Below the pieces are notes generated by a model, which saw nothing but the letters and a program-made list of their open reading frames with translations, ran no database searches and was not told the origin of the DNA. A DNA stretch of 64,000 nucleotides from an uncultured delta proteobacterium (GTDB taxonomy: Bacteria > Desulfobacterota > Binatia > Binatales > Binataceae): assembly GCA_963794325.1 (NCBI GenBank), contig CAWCDG010000005.1, forward strand, positions 352,001-416,000. Direction: 5' to 3'. The position numbers were made by a program, and so were the translations under genes. Below are positions 9,383 through 17,548 of the stretch, piece by piece (within the stretch, counting starts at the first letter, position 1; every line of letters begins with the position of its first letter).

Positions 9383-12300
9383 CTAGCGATTCTCGCGCGC
9401 AGTTGGCTTGTCGCTCACAGTGTAAACTTGGCCGGCCCGAATGTAGAGCTTTCTGGCTTCCTCCAGCGTGAACGGGCGTGCGCCGCGGCGGCCGAAGACC
9501 GCCAGCTGGTTACCGCTCTCGTCGACGGCGCGATCGCGGTCGAGACCCTTCGGAATCGCAAGCGCGGGCCCTCGCGTCGCAAAGGTCGCGATCAGCTTGG
9601 GTGAAGGACGCGGAGAAAACCCCTGATAGGTTGGGGAGTCATTCGGAGAGATCAGCTCCAGCACGTGCAGGCCGTTCTTTCCGTCGGCCAGATATGCAAA
9701 AACACTTGCGTCGGTCATGCCTATCTTGGTGTCGTTCAGATCATTGATCTTGCCATCGGCATTGTAGGTCTGATCGATTCGCGGATGCTCGGGACGTTCC
9801 ACATCGACGATCACCAACCCCTGTGCTCCGGCTGATAAGTATGCGTAAGTGCGAGCCACGTAGATGTTGCGCGCATCCGGCAGCGCAATCGCGGCGGCGT
9901 CCACGGGGCGCGGACTGGTTGGCTCGGTAACGTCGATGACCTTCAGTCCCTGCGAGTCGACAACGAACGCGTAACGAAATTGCACCGAGATTGCCCGCGG
10001 CTGGACGACGTGCGGCGCGTTGACTTCGCTTACCACCTTGAGCTGTGCGGGGTTAGAGATATCCACAACAACGATTCCCCGATCGCAGAGCACGTACGCA
10101 TAGTTACCAGCGATCGTACCGCCGAGCGCGCCGTTCAGGATTCCGCCAGGATTGAACCCAGGGCCACGCTTGAAGAAGTTATCGTCCGGATTGCCATTCC
10201 CCAGGGTTATTACATCAACTGCTATAAGTCCTTCGTACTTGTCCGTGATGAAAGCGTACTCAGCAGAGAGCGGGGGCTTTTGCTCCAGGTTCTCCGCGCG
10301 ATGCGATCGCTGGGGATCTATAAGCATGGTCGTCGGCAGCATGACGGAGGTCGCGTACTTGGTCGACACGTAGGTTCGCTGCCCTAGCGGCGAAACGGGC
10401 GCGGAGGTAAATCGCTCGGAGAATCCCTTGTTGTCCAGATTCGCTATATCGTAAACGACGAAACCACCTTTGCCCTGCGCGGTGAAGAGATACTCCCCTC
10501 GATTCTGGATAGTCTTACATTCGCCGTGGAATTCAGGCGCGGCGCCTTTCCACCCGATCTTAAGGACTGCGCCATGCTCAAAGGAATCGTGCAGGACACG
10601 TCCGCCGGTTACGAAGGATTTGAATTCGTCGGGATAAGCCAATTCGTGCAGATGACTCCCAATAACAGCTTGAGGCTCGTCGCGTTCTGTAACGATCACC
10701 GCTTCCATTCCTTCAGTTCCTTCGGCAACCCAGCAGTACCTTCCGATGAAATTGACGAAATTGGTGCCTTGCATCAGCAACTGCGCCATCTTTGCGTTGT
10801 TGTCGTTGTCCGCCGAGATGTGACAATCGGTGCATTGCTTGGTCTCTTCCGCGCGGACCGTGTGCGGAACCGTCGTACTGAATGCCTGCGCGGCAAAGCC
10901 TTCGGCAGAAACTGGAACCTGCTGCGTGTAAATCACTTCGCGCTCGGGATTGTATGAAGAAACCTCGACGGCGCATGACGACCGCGCCGGCGAAATCCGG
11001 TTTCCGGTAGTCACGCCGTCCTTGGCGATCATGAAAACGTCGTCGCGCAGCGTCTGAAAGTTGTAGCTGGTCCAGTTGCGCGTCATGTCGCCGTCGTAGT
11101 GAAGAATCGGGCGACGCATGTTCGCCTTCATCGGCAGATGGCATCCGAAGCAACTCGGAACCCATGACGAATGACAGGTCTGACAGGCCATGCTATCGAG
11201 CGGATGCGCCAGGTCCGCATCGGAAACGTCGATTTTACCCCAGGTCTTACCGTCCTTCTGGATTGTGTGTGCATAGGCGGCCTCTTCCCAAGCACTCTTC
11301 CATGCCTTAGAGGCGGGATTATCGATCGTAGCGAGTTGAGGTATAGGCCATTGCAGGTCCTTGTCCATTGTGGATTGTTGCTTGACTTCGATTACGCCGC
11401 CAGCCTCGCGCCGCACTCGAAAGCGCTGTCCGAAGGGCGTCTTCTTCGCGCCGGAGTCCCTGGAGAAATTAATTCGCTCACCCGCTGCGCCATTACCGCT
11501 GGCTTCAAAGGTCGTGTACTTCGAGTAAGTACCGTGACAGTCCTCGCATCGAACCTGGATGGGCCCACGCACCTCATCATATAGCTTGCCATTACCATGT
11601 GCGTCGCCAACGAAATGGCAGTCTGCGCATTGCATTCCGTATTCATTGTGGATGTCCTGCAGCTTGACCGCCCGCCGCCACTTGTACTTGTTGTCTGCGA
11701 TCACGTGATCGTGCTTGTCGAGCAGATTACCGTGGGTATCGTGCTTCCAGACGTATCTGAATAGCCAGCCATGACCATGGAAATCGGCGAGCTGCACCCG
11801 GCTGAGTTTGGGATTCAGCTCAGAACTCGCCTGCAGGAACTTCCGATCCGACCATAGACCTTTGACGTTGGCGCCCTCGGGATTCGCCATCAGGTCAACC
11901 GCTTCTTCGTCCGCTCCGGGACGCTTGGCCTTCTTTGGGTAGAAGAACTCACCGTCACTTTCATTGTCCCACCAGATGGTGCCGAAGTAACTGTTAGTGA
12001 CGGTAGTCCCCGGATGGACATGGCATACGACGCACTGGGACGAAGGAATTGAATTAGTCAGTTGATGCTTGATGGGATAGCCTGACACATCTTTAGGTAT
12101 CGACTTGTCCGCCGACGCACTGTGGCCGGTATTTCCGAACTTTGCGAAGGTTCCCGAATGCTCCTTGTCGCTATCGTTCGCATAAACGACGTGGCAAGAG
12201 GTGCATCCGCTGGACCTATAGTCGCCCGGATGATCGTTGGTGCCGAGAAACCACAGCGTTGGATCCATGAGACGGGTCTTGTGCAGGCTGAGAAACACAG

Positions 12301-13138
12301 GGTCCGTTCGCACCTTGGTGCCCAGGCCTCGGACACTCAGGCGGTTTTCGCCACGCTCGAAGACACGAAGGACGTTGCCGGGCTGTGAGATCTCAAAGCG
12401 GGCGAGCGGATCCAGATAAGGCACGACTCCATGTTTGAGGGTGTCCTCCGCAGTGGGAGGGGGAAGTGTTTGCACGCGAGTAGGATTGCCGTTCTCCGAG
12501 TAGGACTCGCCGAATCGCCCGATTTTCTCAGGATAAACTCCGTTGTTGTATAGCGCCGCTTCCCACAGCATGGGACCGGTCGCCATCATGCTCTTGCGGA
12601 CGTTCTCGACTTCGTCGATGTGGCATCCCTTACTGCCGCAACTCATACGCGCCGCGCGCAAATCGCCCGGATTCACAAATCGCACAAACTGCGGCGACTC
12701 GTTGTTTAACATCGAATAGGAGCGCACCGGATTCTGGCCGCTCTTTGGCCAATCTTCGGGATAAAGCGGCTGAACGTGAGCAGTTTCTTTTTTTGACGCC
12801 TTAGGATCTCCGCCGTGACAATCGACACATCCTATGGGCAGTTTGTCGGGATGCATCTCCTCGATTCCTGCGTGACAACCGGCCGCTTTGCAGCCGACGC
12901 TTTTCGCATCCGCCTCGGCCTGCGTCTGATCGGAAATGTCCGGCGGAATTATTACTTTGGCGTCTGCAAGGCGGGCTGGTACTGAATGCTCCGGAAGCAT
13001 CGCGCCAGGATTTGCAGGATCGTAAGCGCGATTGCATCCGAGATACACCATAGCTGTGCCGAGAATCGCGCATACCACGAGAGCTACGCGCAGCATGGTT
13101 CGTATCAACTGCGTAGGGTGGTCTCGGCTCGGTATCAC
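9383..13138 (-). CDS. Large multiheme c-type cytochrome lipoprotein with C-terminal LVIVD-repeat beta-propeller
   Basis: Lipobox YLG-C; 8 CxxCH (CVDCH, CTSCH, CVVCH, CADCH, CEDCH, CQTCH, CFGCH, CTDCH) plus 2 CX4CH (CKAAGCH, CGSKGCH); repeats GIVVVDISNP, GLKVIDVTEP, GLVIVDVERP. Confidence 0.88.
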   Translation of the reverse strand: MIPSRDHPTQLIRTMLRVALVVCAILGTAMVYLGCNRAYDPANPGAMLPEHSVPARLADAKVIIPPDISDQTQAEADAKSVGCKAAGCHAGIEEMHPDKLPIGCVDCHGGDPKASKKETAHVQPLYPEDWPKSGQNPVRSYSMLNNESPQFVRFVNPGDLRAARMSCGSKGCHIDEVENVRKSMMATGPMLWEAALYNNGVYPEKIGRFGESYSENGNPTRVQTLPPPTAEDTLKHGVVPYLDPLARFEISQPGNVLRVFERGENRLSVRGLGTKVRTDPVFLSLHKTRLMDPTLWFLGTNDHPGDYRSSGCTSCHVVYANDSDKEHSGTFAKFGNTGHSASADKSIPKDVSGYPIKHQLTNSIPSSQCVVCHVHPGTTVTNSYFGTIWWDNESDGEFFYPKKAKRPGADEEAVDLMANPEGANVKGLWSDRKFLQASSELNPKLSRVQLADFHGHGWLFRYVWKHDTHGNLLDKHDHVIADNKYKWRRAVKLQDIHNEYGMQCADCHFVGDAHGNGKLYDEVRGPIQVRCEDCHGTYSKYTTFEASGNGAAGERINFSRDSGAKKTPFGQRFRVRREAGGVIEVKQQSTMDKDLQWPIPQLATIDNPASKAWKSAWEEAAYAHTIQKDGKTWGKIDVSDADLAHPLDSMACQTCHSSWVPSCFGCHLPMKANMRRPILHYDGDMTRNWTSYNFQTLRDDVFMIAKDGVTTGNRISPARSSCAVEVSSYNPEREVIYTQQVPVSAEGFAAQAFSTTVPHTVRAEETKQCTDCHISADNDNNAKMAQLLMQGTNFVNFIGRYCWVAEGTEGMEAVIVTERDEPQAVIGSHLHELAYPDEFKSFVTGGRVLHDSFEHGAVLKIGWKGAAPEFHGECKTIQNRGEYLFTAQGKGGFVVYDIANLDNKGFSERFTSAPVSPLGQRTYVSTKYATSVMLPTTMLIDPQRSHRAENLEQKPPLSAEYAFITDKYEGLIAVDVITLGNGNPDDNFFKRGPGFNPGGILNGALGGTIAGNYAYVLCDRGIVVVDISNPAQLKVVSEVNAPHVVQPRAISVQFRYAFVVDSQGLKVIDVTEPTSPRPVDAAAIALPDARNIYVARTYAYLSAGAQGLVIVDVERPEHPRIDQTYNADGKINDLNDTKIGMTDASVFAYLADGKNGLHVLELISPNDSPTYQGFSPRPSPKLIATFATRGPALAIPKGLDRDRAVDESGNQLAVFGRRGARPFTLEEARKLYIRAGQVYTVSDKPTARENR

Positions 13139-13157
13139 TCTCGATCGCTCCGACTGC

Positions 13158-15152
13158 TCAATAGGTCAGCGTGAGATTCATGAAGCTCGAGAAGAGCGTC
13201 TTTGCCTGATAGATATCGCGAAACCCATTGCCAGGAGCCAGGACCGAGAACCCGCCGGTCACGATGACGTTATCAATCAGCAGCGGTCGGTAACGGAACG
13301 CGACACTGTAGTCAAAACCAACATTGTGACCCAGGTCATTTTGATGGAGTATCGATTCCAGAACGGCAACCTTGTCGAACTGGATGAAGCTCACGTTAAA
13401 CATCGCCATAAGCTCAGGCGTGATCTTGGCGTCAACACCCGCGTTGTACTGCAAGACGCCGGGATTCACGAAGTTTGCCTGCCCCTGTAGTTTGTCACGC
13501 AAATCCGGAACCAGGCTCAAAGGATTGATCAAAGGAACTTGTGTGCCGGACAAGCCGATACCCACACGGTTGAAATAGGAGAATGGGACTCCGGAGAAAT
13601 TCGGATCGTCCTGTATCGTGTCGAATCCGCTCGCGGTATGCCCGTGTGGGTTGCCGCTCCCCGACGCATAGAAAAAGGAGCCCCTGAATCGGAGCCAATC
13701 GTGATCGTACGAGAGCTCGAGCGCTGCCATCTGCGCGTTGATATTGACCTTGTGGCCGGCGATGTCGTTGAAGCCGTCGTGGCCAACGGCTTCGTAGAAC
13801 GCATGCGAGACGTTGATTCGGCCTATGTGACCGTCACTGGTACAGCCGAAATAGGCCGTATCGACAGCGTGAGGTTTAACCGTTCCGATCAACGACGGAC
13901 GCACCAGGAACCCATTGTCGTTGTATAGGATGTGTCCGTTGTCGTTGTTATAGGCGAAGTCTAACTGCATATTGTAGCCGTCAAACAGAAAATCCTGACG
14001 GGTGAAGTTGAACAGTCCTATATTCTGATCGCGCCCGACGAATAGCGTGTTCAGTCCGCTGTTAGTGTCCTTTTCGAGAGGCCTGAAGTATGCGAGGTTC
14101 CATTGATCGCGGTTCGACTCGAAATTGCCGAACAGTCGAATGCCCGGATCGTTGTCAGAGAAGATGAAGCCACGGAAATCGCTGGTGAAACCCTGAACAC
14201 CCGCAGTCACTGACACGATGTCGTAGTAAGGGCTGAGGTCGGCGAGCTTGTAGGATACGAAGGCCTCCTGCACCGCGATGTGGCCGTTGGTGCGAGTGGT
14301 TCCATCGGCCGGATTGACATTGACGATCCCTCTTTCGTTTGTGTCCAGGTAGTTGAGATTGAACACCGGGGTAAACTTGAATTCCCAATCAAGCGGCTTG
14401 AAGCCCGCATCGCCATGGAACAGGTCGAACGAAAAAATCAGATTTTCCTGAACTGAAGTCTCGTCGCCGCTGCCAAAAAAGTTTGAACTATTCGGGCTCT
14501 GGGTGCTCACTCCGCTGGCCACCGGTAGCCGTTTGAACACCCAATCGACGTCATTGACTCCGGTCAGATCCAAAAACGTGTGGTCGCCAATAATCGGATA
14601 GTCGCCTTTCAGCACGTTCTGGTCGTAAGGATCCCACCAATGCCCCAACTGATACGGGTATTCGCCGGGGGTATTGAGCGTGTAGCGATCCCAGTCAGGA
14701 AATCCTATGCGCCATCGATCCGGTACCGGGATGAAATCCTGATCCGGAGTGGACTTAACCGCGGGCTCTAATACCGGTGGCGCAAAACCAAGCGGCGCCA
14801 TCGGATTAGTCGCGCCGCTCCATTCGGCGGCCTGCGCCTTCAGCTTCTCGTCGGTCGAGCTGGCGCTGCTTTTGTTTGACGGGCTCGAATTGGACGCTGC
14901 CTCCGTCGACTGGTCGTCGTTGGCCGCGACTATTCGTGGAAAAAATATTGTGACAGAGACGAGGAGACCGACAACGCTCAGGCGGAGCAGGCTTCGAGAA
15001 CCGATAGCGAATCGCGAGGTCGCGACCACCGCAGGAGCCCGACTGTTATTCAAAACAGGCGGAACATATTCCAGACGTTCGCATAGTGTCAACCATTGCG
15101 GAGGCCCGGCTTGACTCTGGGCAAGTCCTCTTGTGTATTGTAGCCGACTCAA
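13158..15152 (-). CDS. Putative outer-membrane beta-barrel protein
   Basis: Signal-like segment RSLLRLSVVGLLVSVTIFFPRIVAA, amphipathic aromatic/Gly/Asn-rich strands, C-terminal beta-signal-like FMNLTLTY; true start probably about 15053. Confidence 0.75.
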   Translation of the reverse strand: MSRLQYTRGLAQSQAGPPQWLTLCERLEYVPPVLNNSRAPAVVATSRFAIGSRSLLRLSVVGLLVSVTIFFPRIVAANDDQSTEAASNSSPSNKSSASSTDEKLKAQAAEWSGATNPMAPLGFAPPVLEPAVKSTPDQDFIPVPDRWRIGFPDWDRYTLNTPGEYPYQLGHWWDPYDQNVLKGDYPIIGDHTFLDLTGVNDVDWVFKRLPVASGVSTQSPNSSNFFGSGDETSVQENLIFSFDLFHGDAGFKPLDWEFKFTPVFNLNYLDTNERGIVNVNPADGTTRTNGHIAVQEAFVSYKLADLSPYYDIVSVTAGVQGFTSDFRGFIFSDNDPGIRLFGNFESNRDQWNLAYFRPLEKDTNSGLNTLFVGRDQNIGLFNFTRQDFLFDGYNMQLDFAYNNDNGHILYNDNGFLVRPSLIGTVKPHAVDTAYFGCTSDGHIGRINVSHAFYEAVGHDGFNDIAGHKVNINAQMAALELSYDHDWLRFRGSFFYASGSGNPHGHTASGFDTIQDDPNFSGVPFSYFNRVGIGLSGTQVPLINPLSLVPDLRDKLQGQANFVNPGVLQYNAGVDAKITPELMAMFNVSFIQFDKVAVLESILHQNDLGHNVGFDYSVAFRYRPLLIDNVIVTGGFSVLAPGNGFRDIYQAKTLFSSFMNLTLTY

Positions 15153-15257
15153 TCCGGGGATGATCTTTTCCCCAAGGTCGACTGCTCGCTATCGTTCGCT
15201 GGGGGCCTGGAGCAACGAATGGGTGACAAGCATCGAGCTGCAAAGGAGGGCGCCAGC

Positions 15258-16793
15258 GTGCGTCGAGGAGCGATGGTCCTGCTCGCCTTCGTTCTTAGCG
15301 CGATGCATCCTGTTGCCGTTTGCGCGCTCGAAACGTTGAACACAGCGCCTCTCACTGTCAGCGACGTCGAGAACATAATCTCGGCGGCCGTGACCCGTGC
15401 GGTGCACGACAGAGTGGCTGTGATTGTTGCCGTAAGCGATCGCGAGGGTAACCCGCTCGCCGTTTACGACATGACCAACGCTCCAACCGGCAGCAAGGAC
15501 GCCGACGTCATCAACAGAATTGCGACGCTGCCCTGCTCTCCTCCCACCACAACGCCTTGCAATCCGACTCTGGCAGAGCGCACTGCGCTGGAAAAAGCCC
15601 GGACGGCGGCATTTCTGAGCAGCGACCAGGACGCGTTTTCGACCTTGACCGCTGCGACTCTGGTCGCAACTCACTTTCCGCTGCATATCTCCAACACTGC
15701 ACAAGCGCCATTGTTTGGCCTGCAGTTTTCTCAACTCCCATGCAGCGACGTGACGCCGGCTAACGGCGCGACTGGGGCGCTCGGCGGTATCCCGCTGTAC
15801 AAAAATAACGACATTGCCGGTGGAATCGGCGTCGACGGCGCAAGCAAGGGCGAAAACGAAAAGATCGCGTTGGCCGGCGATTCGAAATACAGCCCGAGCG
15901 CCGCAATCACCGCCAACCAGATCTACCTCGGCGGATTTCAGCTGCCATGGACCAATCAGCCGCCGCCGAAGCGGCTCGCATTGATTCCATTCGCCAGCCT
16001 CCCCGGAGCCCCCAGTCCGAACTACCCGGACATAATCGCCACTCCACCGACGAGCTTCCCGCCCGCGGTGTTTGCAGGAGTCGCAGGCGAGATTCGCTTT
16101 CCAATCGTGGACAGCTCGAGGCCGGTTCCGGTGAAGCTCACGGCGGCGGACGTGACGACGATAATCACCCAGTCTGTTGCCATAGCCAAACAGACCCGCG
16201 CGGCGATTCGCCAACCTATAGGGGTGCCCGCGCGAATGCAGGTCGGCGTGACCGATCTCGATGGCTCAATCCTTGGCGTCTTTAGAACTAACGACGCAAC
16301 CATGTTCAGCCTGGATATTGTTGTGCAGAAAGGTCGCTCAGTAACCGCATTCAGCGATCCCAATCAGCCTCTCGGTCATCAGTTGCGGCAATCGCTCGGA
16401 GTCGGCGCCAATCGCGAGATTGCCTTCACGACGCGAACGATTGGATTCCTGGCCCAGCCTTTCTATCCACCGGGCATTGACGGGACATCGCCGGGACCGC
16501 TACTCCACTTGCAGGGTAATCTGTTTAAGATGAAACCGACGGCGCCATGCATTCCCAATGGTGTTACCAACGGCGATGGCATCACCGCGTTTCCGGGTAG
16601 CACTCCGCTGTACAAGTCGGGGATCCTCGTCGGCGGGCTCGGTATCAGCGGCGACGGCGTCGACCAGGACGACTATGTGACAAACGCGGGCGCAGCAGGT
16701 TATCTCCCGGACCTATCCATTAGGGCAGACCAGATTGTGTTTCGAGGCACCCCGCTTCCATTTTTTAAATTTCCGCGACAGCCGGGTTTATAG
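15258..16793 (+). CDS. Secreted tandem GlcG/HbpS (DUF336) heme-binding-like protein
   Basis: AAGGAGG RBS + GTG 15258; signal peptide; two domains: VAVSDREGN..ALEKARTA..GGIPLYK..GGIGVDG and GVTDLDG..VQKGRS..PGSTPLYK..GGLGISGDGVDQDD. Confidence 0.82.
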   Translation: MRRGAMVLLAFVLSAMHPVAVCALETLNTAPLTVSDVENIISAAVTRAVHDRVAVIVAVSDREGNPLAVYDMTNAPTGSKDADVINRIATLPCSPPTTTPCNPTLAERTALEKARTAAFLSSDQDAFSTLTAATLVATHFPLHISNTAQAPLFGLQFSQLPCSDVTPANGATGALGGIPLYKNNDIAGGIGVDGASKGENEKIALAGDSKYSPSAAITANQIYLGGFQLPWTNQPPPKRLALIPFASLPGAPSPNYPDIIATPPTSFPPAVFAGVAGEIRFPIVDSSRPVPVKLTAADVTTIITQSVAIAKQTRAAIRQPIGVPARMQVGVTDLDGSILGVFRTNDATMFSLDIVVQKGRSVTAFSDPNQPLGHQLRQSLGVGANREIAFTTRTIGFLAQPFYPPGIDGTSPGPLLHLQGNLFKMKPTAPCIPNGVTNGDGITAFPGSTPLYKSGILVGGLGISGDGVDQDDYVTNAGAAGYLPDLSIRADQIVFRGTPLPFFKFPRQPGL

Positions 16794-16838
16794 ATATCGG
16801 AGCCAAGGTGTAGAAGTGATGCCGAGAGGGAGGTCCAC

Positions 16839-17477
16839 ATGAACAAACCAACGAGTAACCTTGCCGCGTTCCTCATGATGGCGCTCGTGGCGGGCCTTTT
16901 CGCGTTGACGCCATCCGTAGTGCTGGCCGACGGACATGCGTACGTCGGTGAAAGCAAATGCGAGGACTGCCACGATTCGCAGCACGAAAAACTCGACGTC
17001 ATCGGCCCCGACGGCACTAAGTCCGACCCGGTCACTGTCTGGATGAAGGACCCTCACCATAAGGCATTCGATGCGTTGACTGGGGATTGGGGAAAACAGG
17101 CGGCCAAAAAAGCGAGCGTCGCCGATCCACAAGCTGACGGATCGATGTGCCTGACTTGTCATGCCACCGGCACGGGCGGCAACAATCCACCTGATCCTAG
17201 TGAAGGAGTGTCATGCGAGGCATGTCACGGTGCAGCGGCTGACTATGTGGCAAGAGACAAGCACGGCGAGATCGGCAACGATCCGGCGAAAATGGCGGCG
17301 GCGGTAGCGCTGGGTATGATCGATATGCGCAAGATTGACGTGCGCGAGAATAATTGCCGCGGCTGTCACGTGGTCGATACTTCCAAGCGGCCCTGCTATC
17401 GCGCAAGCGAGAAGCCCTTCGACGTTCACAATGACAAGAAGTTCCGGCATTGGAGAGATAACATCCCGCCAATCTGA
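16839..17477 (+). CDS. Periplasmic tetraheme cytochrome c (c554-like)
   Basis: Signal peptide; YVGESKCEDCH, CLTCH, EGVSCEACHG, CRGCH; GGAGG RBS. Confidence 0.88.
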   Translation: MNKPTSNLAAFLMMALVAGLFALTPSVVLADGHAYVGESKCEDCHDSQHEKLDVIGPDGTKSDPVTVWMKDPHHKAFDALTGDWGKQAAKKASVADPQADGSMCLTCHATGTGGNNPPDPSEGVSCEACHGAAADYVARDKHGEIGNDPAKMAAAVALGMIDMRKIDVRENNCRGCHVVDTSKRPCYRASEKPFDVHNDKKFRHWRDNIPPI

Positions 17478-17548
17478 TCTGATCCTGGGTTGAGCCGCTA
17501 ACTGCATCATGAGGGGCCGGCGGGCTAGCCGACTCCTTATGTCGTCGA

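Noticed and set aside
9383-15152. Calling the pair mtrC/mtrB (or hao/nrfA)
   Set aside because: Heme spacing, LVIVD domain and CX4CH motifs do not match those families; no CxxCK; only the architecture is analogous
15189-16214. 341-aa minus-strand ORF
   Set aside because: Antisense to the GlcG-like gene; Arg-rich shadow composition
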